Source: an uncultured Chloroflexia bacterium
GTDB taxonomy: Bacteria > Chloroflexota > Chloroflexia > Thermomicrobiales > UBA6265
Assembly: GCA_963724295.1 (NCBI GenBank)
Contig: CAVRUC010000004.1
Coordinates: 32,001-96,000 of the forward strand
Direction: 5' to 3'
Length of the DNA stretch: 64,000 nt
The stretch's first letter is position 1; every line of letters starts with the position of its first letter. The notes under the pieces are model-generated. The model did no database searches and was not told the DNA's origin. It was given only the letters and a program-made list of their open reading frames with translations. Made by a program: the position numbers and the translations under genes. Below are positions 61,809 through 64,000 of this stretch, piece after piece.

Positions 61809-61837
61809 AAAAGAGCGCCCCGCTGAAGCGGGGCGCT
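61809..61837 (-). terminator. Intrinsic terminator after the HNH gene, upstream of serS
   Basis: AGCGCCCCGC-TTCA-GCGGGGCGCT-CTTTT on the minus strand. Confidence 0.75.
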
Positions 61838-61870
61838 GCATCGGCATTCCGTTTCGGCGGAGAACCGAGG

Positions 61871-62434
61871 TCAGCGCGCCGCGCGACTCGAGCTGCGCCC
61901 GTTCAACGCCGCGACCGAGATCGGCGTGAACCCGGGCAAAAACTTCGACCACTCGTGGGTTACGGCGCCCTCGATGCGGCGTTCGATGGTGTAGTAGCGC
62001 CCGGCGCGTGGCTCGCGTGGTTCCTTGCGCAACAACATCCGCGCCTCGGCAGGGAGCTTGCCCCCTTTGCGATGGTTGCACGGCTTGCACGCGGAAACCA
62101 GATTGTCCCAGGAGTGCAGCCCGCCGCGGGAGCGGGGCACGACGTGATCGATCGTCAGATCGTGGCACTGCCGCCCGCAATACTGGCAGGTGTAACCGTC
62201 GCGGATGAAGACCTCTCGCCGCGTGAGCTTCACCCGCGGCCGCGGGCGGTGGATCAAGTAGACCATGCGGATCACCGAGGGCGCGGGAAAGGCGCGCGTC
62301 GCCGACTTCACGACCCGGCCGTTGGCCTCCAGAACCTCCGCCTTGCCGTCGAAGACGAGCAGAATCGCGCGACGGACGTTGCAGACGTTCAGTGGTTCGT
62401 AGTTTTGATTGAGTACCAGGACAGCGCCATTCAC
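61871..62434 (-). CDS. HNH endonuclease (McrA-like)
   Basis: VLVLNQNYEPL, RDGYTCQYCG, TIDHVVPRSRGG, WDNLVSACKPCNHRKG. Confidence 0.93.
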   Translation of the reverse strand: MNGAVLVLNQNYEPLNVCNVRRAILLVFDGKAEVLEANGRVVKSATRAFPAPSVIRMVYLIHRPRPRVKLTRREVFIRDGYTCQYCGRQCHDLTIDHVVPRSRGGLHSWDNLVSACKPCNHRKGGKLPAEARMLLRKEPREPRAGRYYTIERRIEGAVTHEWSKFLPGFTPISVAALNGRSSSRAAR

Positions 62435-62653
62435 CCTGCCGATGCCTCACCGGTCTCAGGGTTGCCGCGGTCACCTTCGCACCAGGCTCCAGCGCAACCT
62501 CACCCAGTTGCCGCTGTGGACCCGCCCGGGGTGCAAACCGCGCGTGGCGATCGATGTTCCTGCCGGATTGAGTCCGACGCGACTGTAGCACGTGCGATTT
62601 TCGTCAAGCAAGGTCCGCCGGGTCGAAGTGGGACCATCGTCTTGGTAGTGCCC

Positions 62654-64000
62654 TTACACCGCCAGCGACGCCAGGCGCGCGGTGTTGCGGTTGTGCTCCG
62701 CGATCACGGGATCGAGATCGAGCGACACGATCTTTCCGTCGTCGACGATGAGCCGGCCGCCGATGACTGTCTGACGCGCCCGCGTCGGCGCGCAGAAAAC
62801 GACGGCTGCCACCGGATCGCTCAGACCACCGGCGTAGGCGACGTCGTTGAGATCGAGCGTGAAAAAGTCGGCGCACTTCCCCGGCTCCAGGCACCCGATG
62901 TCGTCGCGCCCAAGGACCTGAGCTCCGCCGATGGTGGCGATCTCCAGAGCGTCACGGGCGGTCATCCACTCGCCGGCGCGCAGCGGGTCGGAGGTCGAGA
63001 GGACGGTTTGCGGTCCCTCGGGCGGCAACAGCCCGATCTTCAGCCGGGCCAGCAACATCGCCTCGCGCACCTCGACGAGGAGGTTCGAGCCATCATTGCT
63101 GGCCGAGCCGTCGACGCCGAGGCCAGTTCGCACGCCGTTGTCGCGGTACTTCTTGACCGGCGCGATCCCCGAAGCAAGTCGCATGTTCGACGAGGGACAG
63201 TGGCAGACGCCCGCTCCTTTCTGGGCGAAGAGGCGCACTTCATCGTCGTTGACATGGACCGCGTGGGCATACCAGACGTCGTCGCCAACCCAGTCCAACG
63301 TCTCCATGTAGGCCACCGGCCGCATCCCCTGATGCTGGAGGGTGTACCGCTCCTCGTCGAGGGTCTCGCAGAGGTGGGTGTGCAGTTTGACACCGTGCTC
63401 GCGGGCGAGCCTGGCTGACTCGCGCATCAGATCGGCGGTGACCGAGAACGGCGAGCACGGCGCCAGCACGATCTGCAGCATCGAGCCCGGATTGGGATCG
63501 TGGTACTGCTCGATCACCCGCAGCGAGTCGCGCAAGATCGCGTCTTCGTCCTCGACGCAGTCGTCCGGTGGCAATCCGCCTTTGGACTCGCCCAGCGACA
63601 TGCTGCCGCGCGAGACAGCGAACCGAACGCCGATCTCGGCCGCGGCGTGGATCTGGTCGTCGACCTTGCAACCGTTCTGGAAGACGTAGGCGTGATCGAA
63701 AACGGTCGTGCATCCCGAGAGCGCCAGCTCGGCGCAACCGACGATGACCGCCGTCCGCGTGTCCTCCGGCGTACGGCTGGCCCAGACCCGGTAGTGGGCG
63801 CGCAGCCAGGGAAAGAGATTGGTGTTCTGACCGGCCGGCAAGTTCCGCGTCAGCACCTGGTCGAGGTGGTGATGACAATTGATCAGCCCCGGCAGCACGA
63901 TCTTCCCGGATAGGTCGAGCACGGTATCCGCGTTGTCGGGAAGTTCGCTGGACTCACCGACCTGCTCGATGACACCGTCGCGCGCGAACAGCCCCGCATT
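62654..64000 (-). CDS. 8-oxoguanine deaminase / AtzB-like amidohydrolase, 5' end outside the window
   Basis: PGLINCHHHL, APCSPFSV, HTHLCE, HCPSSNMRL, GVDGSASND. Confidence 0.92.
   Translation of the reverse strand, partial: NAGLFARDGVIEQVGESSELPDNADTVLDLSGKIVLPGLINCHHHLDQVLTRNLPAGQNTNLFPWLRAHYRVWASRTPEDTRTAVIVGCAELALSGCTTVFDHAYVFQNGCKVDDQIHAAAEIGVRFAVSRGSMSLGESKGGLPPDDCVEDEDAILRDSLRVIEQYHDPNPGSMLQIVLAPCSPFSVTADLMRESARLAREHGVKLHTHLCETLDEERYTLQHQGMRPVAYMETLDWVGDDVWYAHAVHVNDDEVRLFAQKGAGVCHCPSSNMRLASGIAPVKKYRDNGVRTGLGVDGSASNDGSNLLVEVREAMLLARLKIGLLPPEGPQTVLSTSDPLRAGEWMTARDALEIATIGGAQVLGRDDIGCLEPGKCADFFTLDLNDVAYAGGLSDPVAAVVFCAPTRARQTVIGGRLIVDDGKIVSLDLDPVIAEHNRNTARLASLAV

Noticed and set aside
61765..61870. 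T-box riboswitch before serS
   Set aside because: Spacer too short and no T-box consensus; only a terminator hairpin
61871..62434. IscB/Cas9-like RNA-guided nuclease
   Set aside because: Only 187 aa, with no PLMP or RuvC motifs; an ordinary McrA-type HNH protein

Overview
High-GC bacterial chromosome segment. Protein style (Tat leaders ending in a DASPVA-type motif, an 'MDAERFDRL' Cys-rich protein, FZL-type dynamin) suggests Chloroflexota, probably Thermomicrobiales; this is an inference. The housekeeping backbone includes prmC, pyrB, cysE-cysS-rlmB, polA, a moxR-DUF58-transglutaminase operon, ribokinase, serS, four tRNA-Ser genes and tRNA-Arg(GCG), plus peptide and sugar ABC transporter genes and catabolic enzymes. 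Two decayed mobile islands are present. (1) About 32.75-42.0 kb, between fmdB and polA: an amber-interrupted primase-helicase with dyad iteron-like repeats inside its own coding sequence, a truncated large serine recombinase, a Cys-rich repeat protein and two orphan response regulators. (2) About 52-60.1 kb, inside the tRNA-Ser cluster: two tyrosine-integrase relics next to tRNA-Ser(TGA), an amidase, a Crp regulator and a 1289-aa secreted protein with Trp-rich, curlin-like GxGNxA repeats (candidate functional amyloid/matrix protein). Three intergenic leaders (HNH gene, TerC-family gene, cysE) fold by eye into extensive structures that I cannot match to a known RNA family. Several small indels in conserved genes suggest long-read assembly errors.
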